A stretch of DNA of 62,792 nucleotides, the filler included, from Asterionella formosa (taxonomy: Eukaryota), in the NCBI GenBank assembly GCA_002256025.1. It is 5 parts of 5 records of this genome, joined end to end, with 100 filler letters (N's around TTAATTAATTAA, not from the genome) between each part and the next. Parts side by side here need not be neighbours in the genome. Positions count along the whole stretch, not along the records: positions 20,115 to 40,066 come from NKIB01003478.1; positions 40,167 to 41,404 come from NKIB01003484.1; positions 41,505 to 61,454 come from NKIB01003485.1; 2 more parts are not named here. One strand, given 5' to 3'. A program made the position numbers and the translations under genes. The notes beneath the pieces were generated by a model, which saw only the letters and a program-made list of their open reading frames with translations, did not search any database and had not been told where the DNA came from. Shown piece after piece: positions 36,547 through 47,732 of the stretch (positions are counted from its first letter, which is position 1; every line of letters starts with the position of its first letter).

Positions 36547-37261
36547 AACATGAACGATTATGCCACTGCCTTTCCCTTACCTAGCACCACATTTCCATAA
36601 GCTCTACATTTTCAAGAGGTGTCTTAATGGACGACGTTGGAGGCTAGTTCTTTTGTGAGTAGGTGAGCTTGCTGGGGTAGACTTGTGATCTGAGTAGATA
36701 GTGTACAATTGTATCACACGAAAGCAATCACATTTTGTTGTCCCTTACGCCGATGACTTCCTGATTACAATCTAAACTACCTGCGATTTTATGGACTACT
36801 CCCCTCCTATTCCACGGGTATCAACCGCCGACCAGGAAATGGCAGTGCCTCTGGTGGCGATAACGAAAATTGCTTCATCATAATTCCAGTATTGAATACA
36901 TACTACTTGGTATTTCTGTACGACGGGTATCATTGTGAAAACGTGGTATACCAGCATTTCGTTTTTACATTGGAAATGGTGTGAAGCTGGTTGATAACTG
37001 CCAGATTTAATATGCACAGTGTGAATCTCTGAGTATACTCCACAGCAGGCAATGCCACATTGTGATATATAGTCACGTAGCTTACGACTACATTATAATT
37101 TCTCATTCCTCTCGCTATTCCGGCTCTTGAGCACAAAATGCACCACCATTTGAAACGAATCCACAGATATCAAACATTAAGGTTTGTTTAAGGGACTTGA
37201 GGGCACCAATTTCCCGAGGGCATATATTGGGTTGTAACAGAGATGGAATTTACGAATCATT

Positions 37262-37984
37262 CTATAGAATCTCGGCATCAACCAAAGTATTCGAGGTCGG
37301 TTCAGGTGTTGATGGAAGAACAGCCGATGCGTCGCCTTCCAGTGGAACATCATTTCGTTCGGTCAAACCCACTTGAGGAGAACCCACCGCAACCTCTCTA
37401 TCCTCTTTTGGCAAGGGAGTAGGATATCTGACCAGGATCAATACACTCGCGATGAAGTAGAAGACAGATGCGCATATATCGGTATTCGCGCCGAACAACA
37501 AACTACATGAATTGTCATTGCAGATGGCGGTTGCAAACCACAGAAAAGCCAGACATTGACAAATAAACGCCAACATTACTTGGTAGCCAGACCACCTCCA
37601 TGTGCCGCGAGAGAAAACAAAGCAAGTCGAAAACCACAAGAAGAGAGCCCCTGCCCCTCCTAACACAAGGGCGACAAATGCCAATGCCTTTCCTGCGATC
37701 CAGTACGAATCCTGGATGGAAGCATCATCAAAAAGTGAACAAGTACCCGTGTAAATAACTCGCCAAGAGTCATCTTCGGCGTAATATGCCGGCTCTCGGT
37801 AGCCAACGAATCCAATTTCCAGAAATGGAATGATCTCTGAGTTGGTGATCTTCTGTACGATTGGACCCTCTAGCTTAGAATAATCACATCCATCTTGTGA
37901 TAGCGAGCACAACCAAGCAATAGTAGCAAAGCCTGCTGGTAATAGAGAGTACGCACCATGCGGCAAGAGTCGACAAGATGGCAT
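37262..37984 (-). CDS. Four-TM claudin-like membrane protein of unknown function
   Basis: Intronless 240-aa ORF with four hydrophobic segments, a Cys-containing first loop (GCDY..EIGF.GY..C) and a C....C.L..GA second loop. Confidence 0.7.
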   Translation of the reverse strand: MPSCRLLPHGAYSLLPAGFATIAWLCSLSQDGCDYSKLEGPIVQKITNSEIIPFLEIGFVGYREPAYYAEDDSWRVIYTGTCSLFDDASIQDSYWIAGKALAFVALVLGGAGALFLWFSTCFVFSRGTWRWSGYQVMLAFICQCLAFLWFATAICNDNSCSLLFGANTDICASVFYFIASVLILVRYPTPLPKEDREVAVGSPQVGLTERNDVPLEGDASAVLPSTPEPTSNTLVDAEIL

Positions 37985-38345
37985 GATATTCTTTTGCTTG
38001 CAGTTCTCTTGGTTAGAGTCAAAATCAGTTTACAAGACAAGCACGATGGAAGTGCTCAACTGAATTCACGTCCTTAATGGAGATCCTTCTGCTCTGAAGT
38101 ATTGTTCCTATTTCTCAAAAAATAGAAAAATCGCTTGCCATGAAATGTCCCCTGTACTTCCAGTTTCTATCGATGGTATTAGCAGGAGTGAAGCTAACCA
38201 TAAAACGTTTGTTGCGGCTTTTATTCTGGTGATCTCGGTTTTGAATTCTATTACATGCATATATGGAATATAGAATGATTTTACGATACGTATTTGTCTT
38301 TCAAAACTCTAATAAATCATCAAACACAGTAAGCAAAATATAATC

Positions 38346-40066
38346 AAGCGCTGAACCTATCACGACGAAAGCACATGCTGAAGGCAATATACGCCCGAGG
38401 TGGCCTCTTGCCTGCGAGTATACATGTGTTCGAGGCTAGGATGGCACTCGTAAAGTTGACCTTCTCGCAGCGCCGGGTATACGAGAAGGCAAGTAGCCGC
38501 CGAGAAGGGTATTGTTGAGGCAATTCCCGCTCTAGCTATCGTCGCGTCATTCGCTTACCTACTGCCCACAAATTTAGCATAAATGTCAATTTTAGCCTGC
38601 TATTGCCCATCATATAAAATATATTTTCTTTATTTCCTATCTTCACCTCGAAAATTGCCAAAGGTCCGATATTGCCCATCATTAAAATATATTTATATAT
38701 TTCATATGTTCGCATTTTGGCAAGACAACAGACGCCAATTGCCCCTCGGTTTTCCAGCCCTGGGATTGCCGAAATCGGCAAGGGGTCTACTTAAGGAAAC
38801 CATTTTATATACTATTCAGATTTCAATAATTTATATCTAGAATTCACCTCGTTTTTGTTCGTCTCCTGAAAAGTGGACTCCGGCAATTCACCTTTCACCA
38901 TGCCAATCGTCGTCCATCATGACCGGTTTGAAGCGAAATAAGTTCCGCGATGACACCAGTAGCGATTCTTTGCCTAACGGATGCGGTTGATTGTTGGATT
39001 GCTTTTCTTCTCGAGGTATTCATGTAGTCGCATCGTCCATATTTCGTCGGACGAACGATGAAATCGATACATCTGATGTTGGTGGCAAGTTTTTGCTGCG
39101 GTCATGTATGTACCGGTAATGATGCTTAACGGATATTCTACCGGTACCGGCAGTCATCTAGTCTACATACGTACGTGGTACTAAAAACAACCATGCATGG
39201 TTTAAGCTATGCTTTAACGCTTACTTTGAACACGTTATAATATTATCTCTGTAGACTCGGTATTATTTTTACGAGACCTGAAATGTTGAATTATATCGTT
39301 CACATATTCATTGATTTTACGTACCGTATGCCCGATTTCGTCCTCACAAATATAGTTCTCACTCTATCTTGCCTGCCTTTGCTCTATTCGGGCTTGCAAT
39401 AGGCAACGTTCGTCTTTCTTTTATCCCATCGTCTGCTGCTTGTTATGCTAGTTGAAGCGGATCGGTGAGTACAACAGTGAAATACTGAATGTGGATTGTA
39501 GATCGTATTTATCGACTTTCCGATTTGATTGCTTCCGTAGTTTGTTTTGATCGCTTCCATCGTTGTTTGTCGTTACGCACTGTCGTTTTGTTTCGATTGT
39601 AAATATCTACATAATAACCAATGCATTTATCAATGACTACTCATTGAAGATGTGGTATTGTGCCGTTGTTGATCGTATTTGTTGATTTGCATAGTCGTTG
39701 ACAATGATGTCAATATTGCCGCCAAGCAATGCTTTTCTTGTACTAACGCGCTTTGCTACATTTCTACTTCGAGTTCGTATCAGAAACTACATGAATACTC
39801 AGCCAGAGAGAGTCAATAGTTCTGGAGCAGCGTGGCGATCACGCTTGCTCAGAATGGAATGATCAGGGTTGCTTGTTTGGTGGGCAGCGGAGAGGAATGA
39901 CTGTGGCGGAAATACTGCTACTGTTGTCAGGCTACTACAGCGATGCGCATGGTTGCAGAAACCAGACCATTTACGCTACATAACGATGTAGGTCAAGATT
40001 GGGTTCAGCTTTTCCCTTCTTATTTCGGTCTTCGATTGTGTGGTGATGGAAAGTCAATGTTGCCTG
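38346..40066 (+). mobile_element. Hairpin-ended repeat, copy B (least CpG-decayed; interrupted by gap, distal end at 41505-~41630)
   Basis: Colinear with copy A along ~1.65 kb. Fold-back at 38376-38522, possibly extended by cgacgaaagc/gctatcgtcg pairing. No ORF of 60 aa or more over 38840-40066. Confidence 0.85.
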
Positions 40067-40166
40067 NNNNNNNNNNNNNNNNNNNNNNNNNNNNNNNNNN
40101 NNNNNNNNNNTTAATTAATTAANNNNNNNNNNNNNNNNNNNNNNNNNNNNNNNNNNNNNNNNNNNN

Positions 40167-40983
40167 TGAATGCTGCAACTCGATCGAAAATGGAAGTTCG
40201 TTCAAAAGCTACTTGGTCACTGCATTTTCCCGGTGCAATTACACCAAAATAAATAAATCTTGAGTCAGCATCACAAACAGCCTGGACATTGATTCCATAA
40301 GTCATGTAGTGACCGGAAAAAAATGAACCAGGGTTGTTGCCACTTTCAACTATAGTCGGGCGGTTGATGGTGGCTAGGAAGCCGTCAATAGCACCAACAC
40401 ATCCTCTCATCATGCCCTCTGAGCTTTTGCATTCAAAGCTGGAAGCCAATTTGATAAATTCTTCTTTTTCTTTTGGAAAAACAATTTCGAGTTCTCCACA
40501 GTTTAGTACAGCATCAATGAACAAATCACGACATCGATAAAGTGAAGCAATGCTACAGCCGTCGGCATGACGAATGTCGATGTAACTGCCACCAGCCAGC
40601 CATCGCAAACCAATGGCTACCACAATTTCGGGAATTATGGGCTCAGAAGTGCCACATTTGGAATAATTCCCTGCAATCTGAATTTCCAGCATGGAGGTGA
40701 GTTTTTTGAATGCTCTGTGTGACATTCTGTATGTCTTCTCGAAAGCAATCTCGAGATTGAGTTTCTCGACATGTGATTGCCAGGAGATTCTTTCGTGGTG
40801 CCACTTGTGCCTTCGTTGTCGTCGTCGTTCAGATGACTGAAGCTGCCGTTTACAGCGTCGCCTTTGTTGTTTGGATGAGTGTTCTTTTTCCTCTGCTTCC
40901 TTAGCTAAATGACAGAGGAAGAAGAAATCAAGATCACTACTGTCATCGTCATTATCATCAAGTAAATCAAATGGCGACGACAT
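40167..40983 (-). mobile_element. PIF/Harbinger (DDE_Tnp_4, HARBI1-like) transposase, 3' part lost in gap
   Basis: F...YRMS...F..L, PE..VAIGLRWLAGGSY.DI (HTH), GCVGAIDG, FSGHY..YGINVQAVCD...RF.Y and PG..SD. The first catalytic Asp is present. Confidence 0.92.
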
Positions 40984-41504
40984 GATTCATGCAAATGTGT
41001 GTTTTTAATATTATATTTAGTTTCCCGGTAATTATATTTTGTTGTTGCTTGATATCAAGACCATCATTATATTCCGGAGGGATATACACATGATCTTCGC
41101 CAGCCAGTTGCCGTTGAAGATTCATGTTACTCCATGATACAATGTGATCACAAATTAGTGATACAGTGACACTTTTGGAATGAATGAAATTCAGTTCAAA
41201 TCGAGTTACCGTTGCTGATACATTTTCAAAAAAATTCAAATTCCGTGATACACGAAAAAAAATGATAAGAACGACCCTTACGTATATTATTTTTGCAGTT
41301 CAAGGGTTTCACGTTTCAAACAATTATTGGGGCATACCTGTATTTTGTTACTATTATTTAGGGGCGTTCTTATCATTTTTGATAGGGTATCATAATAATT
41401 GAAANNNNNNNNNNNNNNNNNNNNNNNNNNNNNNNNNNNNNNNNNNNNTTAATTAATTAANNNNNNNNNNNNNNNNNNNNNNNNNNNNNNNNNNNNNNNN
41501 NNNN

Positions 41505-41630
41505 TGCCCCATATTGCCCTTAAATAAAAATAACTTAAGAAATTACTTAGAGCCTAAAAGTTACTTAGAAGTACCCGAATGGCAAGACGAAAGCTGGAGC
41601 AGGAATCGCTGTCACTCTGTCTACTGCCCT
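41505..41630 (+). repeat. Distal-end unit of the hairpin-ended repeat (matches 25372-25480)
   Basis: tgccccatattgccc..aattacttagagcctaaaagttacttagaagtacccgaatggcaagacga..ctgga. Confidence 0.8.
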
Positions 41631-41916
41631 TGCCAGCAAAGGTTTGTAATGACGACTAATTCCTAAAGTGTATTTATTAGAAATTGTGAGCTATATATTA
41701 TAAACTCTTGAAGTGATGGTAGTATATTAGATTGAAAACCAAAAATTTATATCTGACTCAGACATCATCTATGGTAACGGTTCTTTAACCGGCAATAAAA
41801 TAGTACCGGTAATCCTAAGTACACCACTCAAACTTTCGTTACTACACCCATCCCTCTTGCTCTAACATATTAAAAAAATAAAATCATAATAGAAGAGAGG
41901 ACGAGGTAATGAGGTA

Positions 41917-43088
41917 ATGAGCAGTACGATGGAGTTGCTGCTATTACTAATAACATTCATTCAGTACATCGAAGTTACAAACGCATTCTCCCCCAATATT
42001 AGTGGAAATTTGCTCATCGCATGCAAATTTCCGCAACAACGACGACGAGTCACAACAACTGAGACGGCAACATTCTTGCATCAACTACCGCAGCCGGTAT
42101 CAGATCGAAGGCAATTTCTGGATGGCATTCGAGGAGGTGCGGCTGCTGTACTAACATCATGTCTTGCGGTTGGAGTATTCCCATCTTTAGGCATCAACGA
42201 AGCGAAGGCCCGGGGGCTGGTCCTATTTCCATGCAACGGACCGTTGGAAAATAGATACCACTTTCTTCGATCAGGGGAAACTAGAATGGAGGAGGAAGAT
42301 ATATGGTCGACGAATCCTTTATTCCTGACAAATAGAGAAGCGGCTTTGTCCGACAAGGGCGTGCGACAAATACAACAATCGATGCAATTCCTTAAAGACA
42401 ATCAGATAAATCCAACCGTGTGTCGCTACTCATTGGCGGCGGGTGCCATGGACACTGCAAACTTGGTAAGTAAGGAATTGAAGATAGGGCGTGATCGACT
42501 TGTTCCAGAATTCAACTACATGGATCCAAGGGCCATTGGGAAATGGGATATGCAGCAGCTATCAACAACGGAATATGCAGTATGGGCAATGGATGAGGAC
42601 GAGAGTGGGATGGACGGCAAGGGGGGTGCTCCACCACCCAACGAAGATTCGACCCCGCATGAGACACTACACGACCAATCCATTCGACTGAGACAACTTT
42701 TAAGTGTGCTGGAAAGCCAATACTCAGGAGATACCATCCTTTTAATTTTTCCAGATGGTACTGGTCCAGCATTATTAAGTGCAATGATGGCTGGAATACC
42801 AATCAATCGAGTTCATGAATTGGAGTATGCTCCTGGTGAAGTTCGTCTTGATGTGACCATGGATACAACCTTGGGGTTGTGGCAATCACGACAGCAGTCA
42901 AAGGAGTGGGTGGAATCTTATGACACTATCTTATCCAATGGAAGAAAGGAACTCCAAAGACTTCGAGGAATGAATGATATGGTATCCATAAAAGACCAAA
43001 GACTGGAAAATGAGAGAATTGCATTGGATAATCAGATGCAACTGAATCAAGCAACACGGCTCAACAAGGCGACTGCAGCACGAGCTCA
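41917..43088 (+). CDS. Plastid-targeted histidine phosphatase / phosphoglycerate-mutase-like protein, 3' end in gap
   Basis: Signal peptide ending TNA-F, then RRQFL + hydrophobic stretch + AKA (Tat/lumen-like). Core motifs are ARGLV.FP..L.NRYHFLRSGE, LS.KG..Q, PPPNED.TP.E and L..LESQYSGDTILLIFPD. The canonical RHG is replaced by RSG. Confidence 0.75.
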
Positions 43089-44602
43089 NNNNNNNNNNNN
43101 NNNNNNNNNNNNNNNNNNNNNNNNNNNNNNNNNNNNNNNNNNNNNNNNNNNNNNNNNNNNNNNNNNNNNNNNNNNNNNNNNNNNNNNNNNNNNNNNNNNN
43201 NNNNNNNNNNNNNNNNNNNNNNNNNNNNNNNNNNNNNNNNNNNNNNNNNNNNNNNNNNNNNNNNNNNNNNNNNNNNNNNNNNNNNNNNNNNNNNNNNNNN
43301 NNNNNNNNNNNNNNNNNNNNNNNNNNNNNNNNNNNNNNNNNNNNNNNNNNNNNNNNNNNNNNNNNNNNNNNNNNNNNNNNNNNNNNNNNNNNNNNNNNNN
43401 NNNNNNNNNNNNNNNNNNNNNNNNNNNNNNNNNNNNNNNNNNNNNNNNNNNNNNNNNNNNNNNNNNNNNNNNNNNNNNNNNNNNNNNNNNNNNNNNNNNN
43501 NNNNNNNNNNNNNNNNNNNNNNNNNNNNNNNNNNNNNNNNNNNNNNNNNNNNNNNNNNNNNNNNNNNNNNNNNNNNNNNNNNNNNNNNNNNNNNNNNNNN
43601 NNNNNNNNNNNNNNNNNNNCTACCACCACAGTGCAGGATGCCATGGACAAGTACATGAATTCCGATGATGGAGGTGATGCATGGTTACAAATGTTAGGGG
43701 AAATGGTGCAGCCTGAAGGTGAGCATTCCAGACTTACTGACCAAAATGAAGAATCAGCCTTTCAATAATCTGAAATATCTAGGTAAAAGTAATTGTTGGT
43801 TCGAGGCTGTCAGCCAACATGAATCTAGAGGCATATTGCTTGCATTGCTCATAGTCTCCTTTGTCTAATGTACAAAAGGTAATGCTTTAATTAACATAAA
43901 TATCCATACTATATGGATTTATGTATGTACAGTGCAAGTAAATTAATAGAAGCAATATGAATGTTCACCCCAAAATCTGGGCTGAAATGTAATACAAATA
44001 TAACTAGAGGTTATTATTTTATTCAAACCAGATGTCAGATTTCATTTTGTGTGGCAAGTGTGGAGGTTTTAAAATAACCAACCCCACCTCCCTTTTATAT
44101 CATGTCATTTATGATATACTATTACTGTTATATTATGTATATAGATAGCTGTATTCACTTTTCCTTATTGGACAGAAAATTCTACCCATAGTGACAGCTA
44201 GTGCACTAGTAATTCACTAGCACCGTGTACAAGCAAGACGATGGCGCATGTCCCATGTGACCCTAATATGCAAATGGCAAACATGTTGCTGTCCTTGGTC
44301 CAAACAGTATGCCGGCATTCTACTATACACCTCAACAATCGGCTGGAGATGAAGAGCAAGAAGGATACGGGTACTCCTCAGCTTTCAAACAACCGACTGA
44401 TGATGGACAGTAGCAATCATGAACAGGGCAATCAACTGAAAAGCATTTAAGGTCATCCATTCCTCTCATTCACTGTAAATCGTTATCGAGGCAGGGGTCA
44501 GAAATGCTTTGTGGTGTCCAACTTTGGGGATTCATGATAAATATGCTCATGAATCTTTCTCTGCGTGTTTTCTATTTACTTTAGAGAGTACATTATATCC
44601 AG

Positions 44603-45829
44603 CTAATATGATGAGGGAATTGCAATTATTTTAGACTCGGTTGTTCCAAATTTAATGCCATTCTTTGATGCGCAAAAGTTTTCATGCTGTAATTGAGCTC
44701 GTCTATCAGTGAATTGTTTGGAGCAGAAGGAACATTGGGATGTGTGTCTTTTGTTGTCTTGGACATGACTGTCATGTGGGACAAAAGTGTTGATGTGAGC
44801 TTCTTCATCGCTAGGACTAAAATATACTAACCCACAAATAGAGCATTCGCCACAAGTTTGGCATTCTTGACTTTTTAAATCACCATCCTGCTCAGTCCCA
44901 GCAGCCCAGTCTGGTAAAATCTTAGAATGGACTGAATAATGCTTGGCTTGCATGTGATCCTGTAATGCATCTTGATGCGGAAATGTTCTCTCTGTGCAGT
45001 AAGCACATGCCAACAGAGCTCGTTTTCGTTTTTTCGAGCCGCCATGTACAGCCTTTGTGTGGGAAGTCCGTGCTCGATCTTCCAAAAATACCTTACCACA
45101 TTCATGGCAAGGGTACCTGTTCGCATTGTTGTGCTGATTTAACTGCAAGTGTTGCCAAGGGAGGCAGGTTGCTTTGAGCATTGATGCTTCCCCCTTTCTT
45201 GCAAACGTCAGAGTTTCACTTCCTTCCGTCCGCCTCGAAAAGGACTTGCCAGTCTGATGTCTTCGATGTTGAAACTGCGGCTCCTTCACTGAGGGCGGCG
45301 AAAATGGATTTCGTTCCAGCAGTACCAATCCTTGCCTTTGCGCCATTTGTAAGCAGTGCCATCGTTCGCACTGTCCCTTGGCCAAACTCAAATGAACCAG
45401 ACCACCCTCGGAAGCCATCCAACCTGTCGCGGAAGCGTGGAAAAAGTGCGCAATAAACCTAGAATGCAGTTGTGCGTCTTCAGTAGCCAAATGGGGGTGG
45501 TTAAAAATGACATGGTCTGCTCTGAATCGAATCGGGTCAGGTTGGACGGCATTGATCCCATGGTGCACCTGAATTTCCAACTGGTCATCGGACTTTAGTT
45601 GATTTATCAAAAAGCTTGAATTCTTGTACTTGGTGGCAAGCGTTGTTGCAGGATCCAAGCCAGTTGCATACATTATGATGGCTCGGCGCGGCTCTTGCTG
45701 ACGGCAAAAAGCAGCGACATCCGCTGAAAACGAGAAATCGCCATCTCCAAGTAAAGTAAATGACGTTCGTTCCGTTTCATTCATCATTCTCTGCTCCAGT
45801 GTGTTTTGTGTGTGGTGTGAATAGTTCAT
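44603..45829 (-). CDS. DUF2431 (Bmt5/FDXACB1-like) putative rRNA uridine-N3 methyltransferase with C-terminal C2H2 zinc fingers; start uncertain (45829 or 45787)
   Basis: LLGDGDFSFS, ATGLD....L..KY, V.HGINA, D.VIFNHPH, FF.SA, G.VHLSL and HRRHQTGKSF, followed by CxxC-x12-HxxxxH fingers (CHECGKVF..H...VH and CAYC...F....ALQDHMQAKH). Confidence 0.82.
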   Translation of the reverse strand: MNYSHHTQNTLEQRMMNETERTSFTLLGDGDFSFSADVAAFCRQQEPRRAIIMYATGLDPATTLATKYKNSSFLINQLKSDDQLEIQVHHGINAVQPDPIRFRADHVIFNHPHLATEDAQLHSRFIAHFFHASATGWMASEGGLVHLSLAKGQCERWHCLQMAQRQGLVLLERNPFSPPSVKEPQFQHRRHQTGKSFSRRTEGSETLTFARKGEASMLKATCLPWQHLQLNQHNNANRYPCHECGKVFLEDRARTSHTKAVHGGSKKRKRALLACAYCTERTFPHQDALQDHMQAKHYSVHSKILPDWAAGTEQDGDLKSQECQTCGECSICGLVYFSPSDEEAHINTFVPHDSHVQDNKRHTSQCSFCSKQFTDRRAQLQHENFCASKNGIKFGTTESKIIAIPSSY

Positions 45830-47626
45830 ATCATAATGCACGGACAGGGGGTTTATGGTCCTTGGCTTGAAAATAAAGCGAGCACAACAAGTTCAATGTA
45901 GCTTGTGTAAAATGTTGAAAACAAGTACCGGTAATGTAGCTACCTGTAGTATTAAATCATGCATCATAAAGTAAGTGAAATAACCTAAATACATAGCTGT
46001 GGATGACCACCAGTGTGATGATCAGATATCAATTGATTGACACTCTGATCTGGCTCTGTCAATGTTCTGTCTGGAATATTTAACGCATACATTTTGTCAA
46101 TGTGCTATGTGGCAGTGAAAAGTACCGGTATACAGCTCAAAGTAGGACAGTCATCATTATCCCACACAACACTGAGCCAAGCAACAATACTCCACATTCT
46201 CACTCCATCCTGTTCAAATTTTGTAAAATTTTTAGCCACCTTGTTCTTACAACTTAATTCCAACTTTGCATTCCTACCAAAGAGCAAATGGTTTTTTGGT
46301 GTAATGGAAAGACTACAGTACTGGCAGAATTACTTCCTCCCTCCTACCTCTTCGATCCACATCCTCCATCTTTCCTGTTGGTTCACTCATCAACTTGTTA
46401 ATTGTTGAAAGCTTCTTCAAACACTACATTTTAGTACTTTCTGGACTCTCAATCATCATTCTGCATACTTGTCACTCCTGATACNNNNNNNNNNNNNNNN
46501 NNNNNNNNNNNNNNNNNNNNNNNNNNNNNNNNNNNNNNNNNNNNNNNNNNNNNNNNNNNNNNNNNNNNNNNNNNNNNNNNNNNNNNNNNNNNNNNNNNNN
46601 NNNNNNNNNNNNNNNNNNNNNNNNNNNNNNNNNNNNNNNNNNNNNNNNNNNNNNNNNNNNNNNNNNNNNNNNNNNNNNNNNNNNNNNNNNNNNNNNNNNN
46701 NNNNNNNNNNNNNNNNNNNNNNNNNNNNNNNNNNNNNNNNNNNNNNNNNNNNNNNNNNNNNNNNNNNNNNNNNNNNNNNNNNNNNNNNNNNNNNNNNNNN
46801 NNNNNNNNNNNNNNNNNNNNNNNNNNNNNNNNNNNNNNNNNNNNNNNNNNNNNNNNNNNNNNNNNNNNNNNNNNNNNNNNNNNNNNNNNNNNNNNNNNNN
46901 NNNNNNNNNNNNNNNNNNNNNNNNNNNNNNNNNNNNNNNNNNNNNNNNNNNNNNNNNNNNNNNNNNNNNNNNNNNNNNNNNNNNNNNNNNNNNNNNNNNN
47001 NNNNNNNNNNNNNNNNNNNNNNNNNNNNNNNNNNNNNNNNNNNNNNNNNNNNNNNNNNNNNNNNNNNNNNNNNNNNNNNNNNNNNNNNNNNNNNNNNNNN
47101 NNNNNNNNNNNNNNNNNNNNNNNNNNNNNNNNNNNNNNNNNNNNNNNNNNNNNNNNNNNNNNNNNNNNNNNNNNNNNNNNNNNNNNNNNNNNNNNNNNNN
47201 NNNNNNNNNNNNNNNNNNNNNNNNNNNNNNNNNNNNNNNNNNNNNNNNNNNNNNNNNNNNNNNNNNNNNNNNNNNNNNNNNNNNNNNNNNNNNNNNNNNN
47301 NNNNNNNNNNNNNNNNNNNATCTTTCGCCAAATGATAATTATTTCTTTATATGTATGATAAATCTATGATATAATTATATGATCATGTCAAGTATACTTA
47401 TAATATACAAAACACACAAACTAAATATCAAGACATTATCCTATGATGTACATTCTTTCATCATACACCTAACTTACCATGATGGTAACAACTCTAATCG
47501 AAATCACTGTTAAAAATAGGTTGAAATTGATTGTGGTTTTACTGCTAAATCTAGAAATGATTTTTATGTTTCTATATTCTGTGCAGTTACACAATGTTTC
47601 CCTTTTTCATTGTCTCAATAATTCTT

Positions 47627-47732
47627 GCTCTTGATGCATCATCCCTTCCGCCTCCCTTTAATGCTCTTGATACATGATGACTCATCCTGCCTCCCTTCAA
47701 TGCTCTTTATGCATGCATCCCGCCTCACTTTC
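47627..47732. repeat. Three imperfect ~36-bp tandem units within an AT-rich relic
   Basis: tgctcttgatgcat...cgcctcccttYaa is repeated three times with substitutions. Confidence 0.65.

Noticed and set aside
38376..38522. SRP RNA, SECIS or pre-miRNA as the identity of the hairpin
   Set aside because: I see no SRP helix-8 or Alu motifs. It is not in a selenoprotein 3' UTR, and it is embedded in a multi-copy 2-kb repeat with a variable tip. An Rfam search is still needed.
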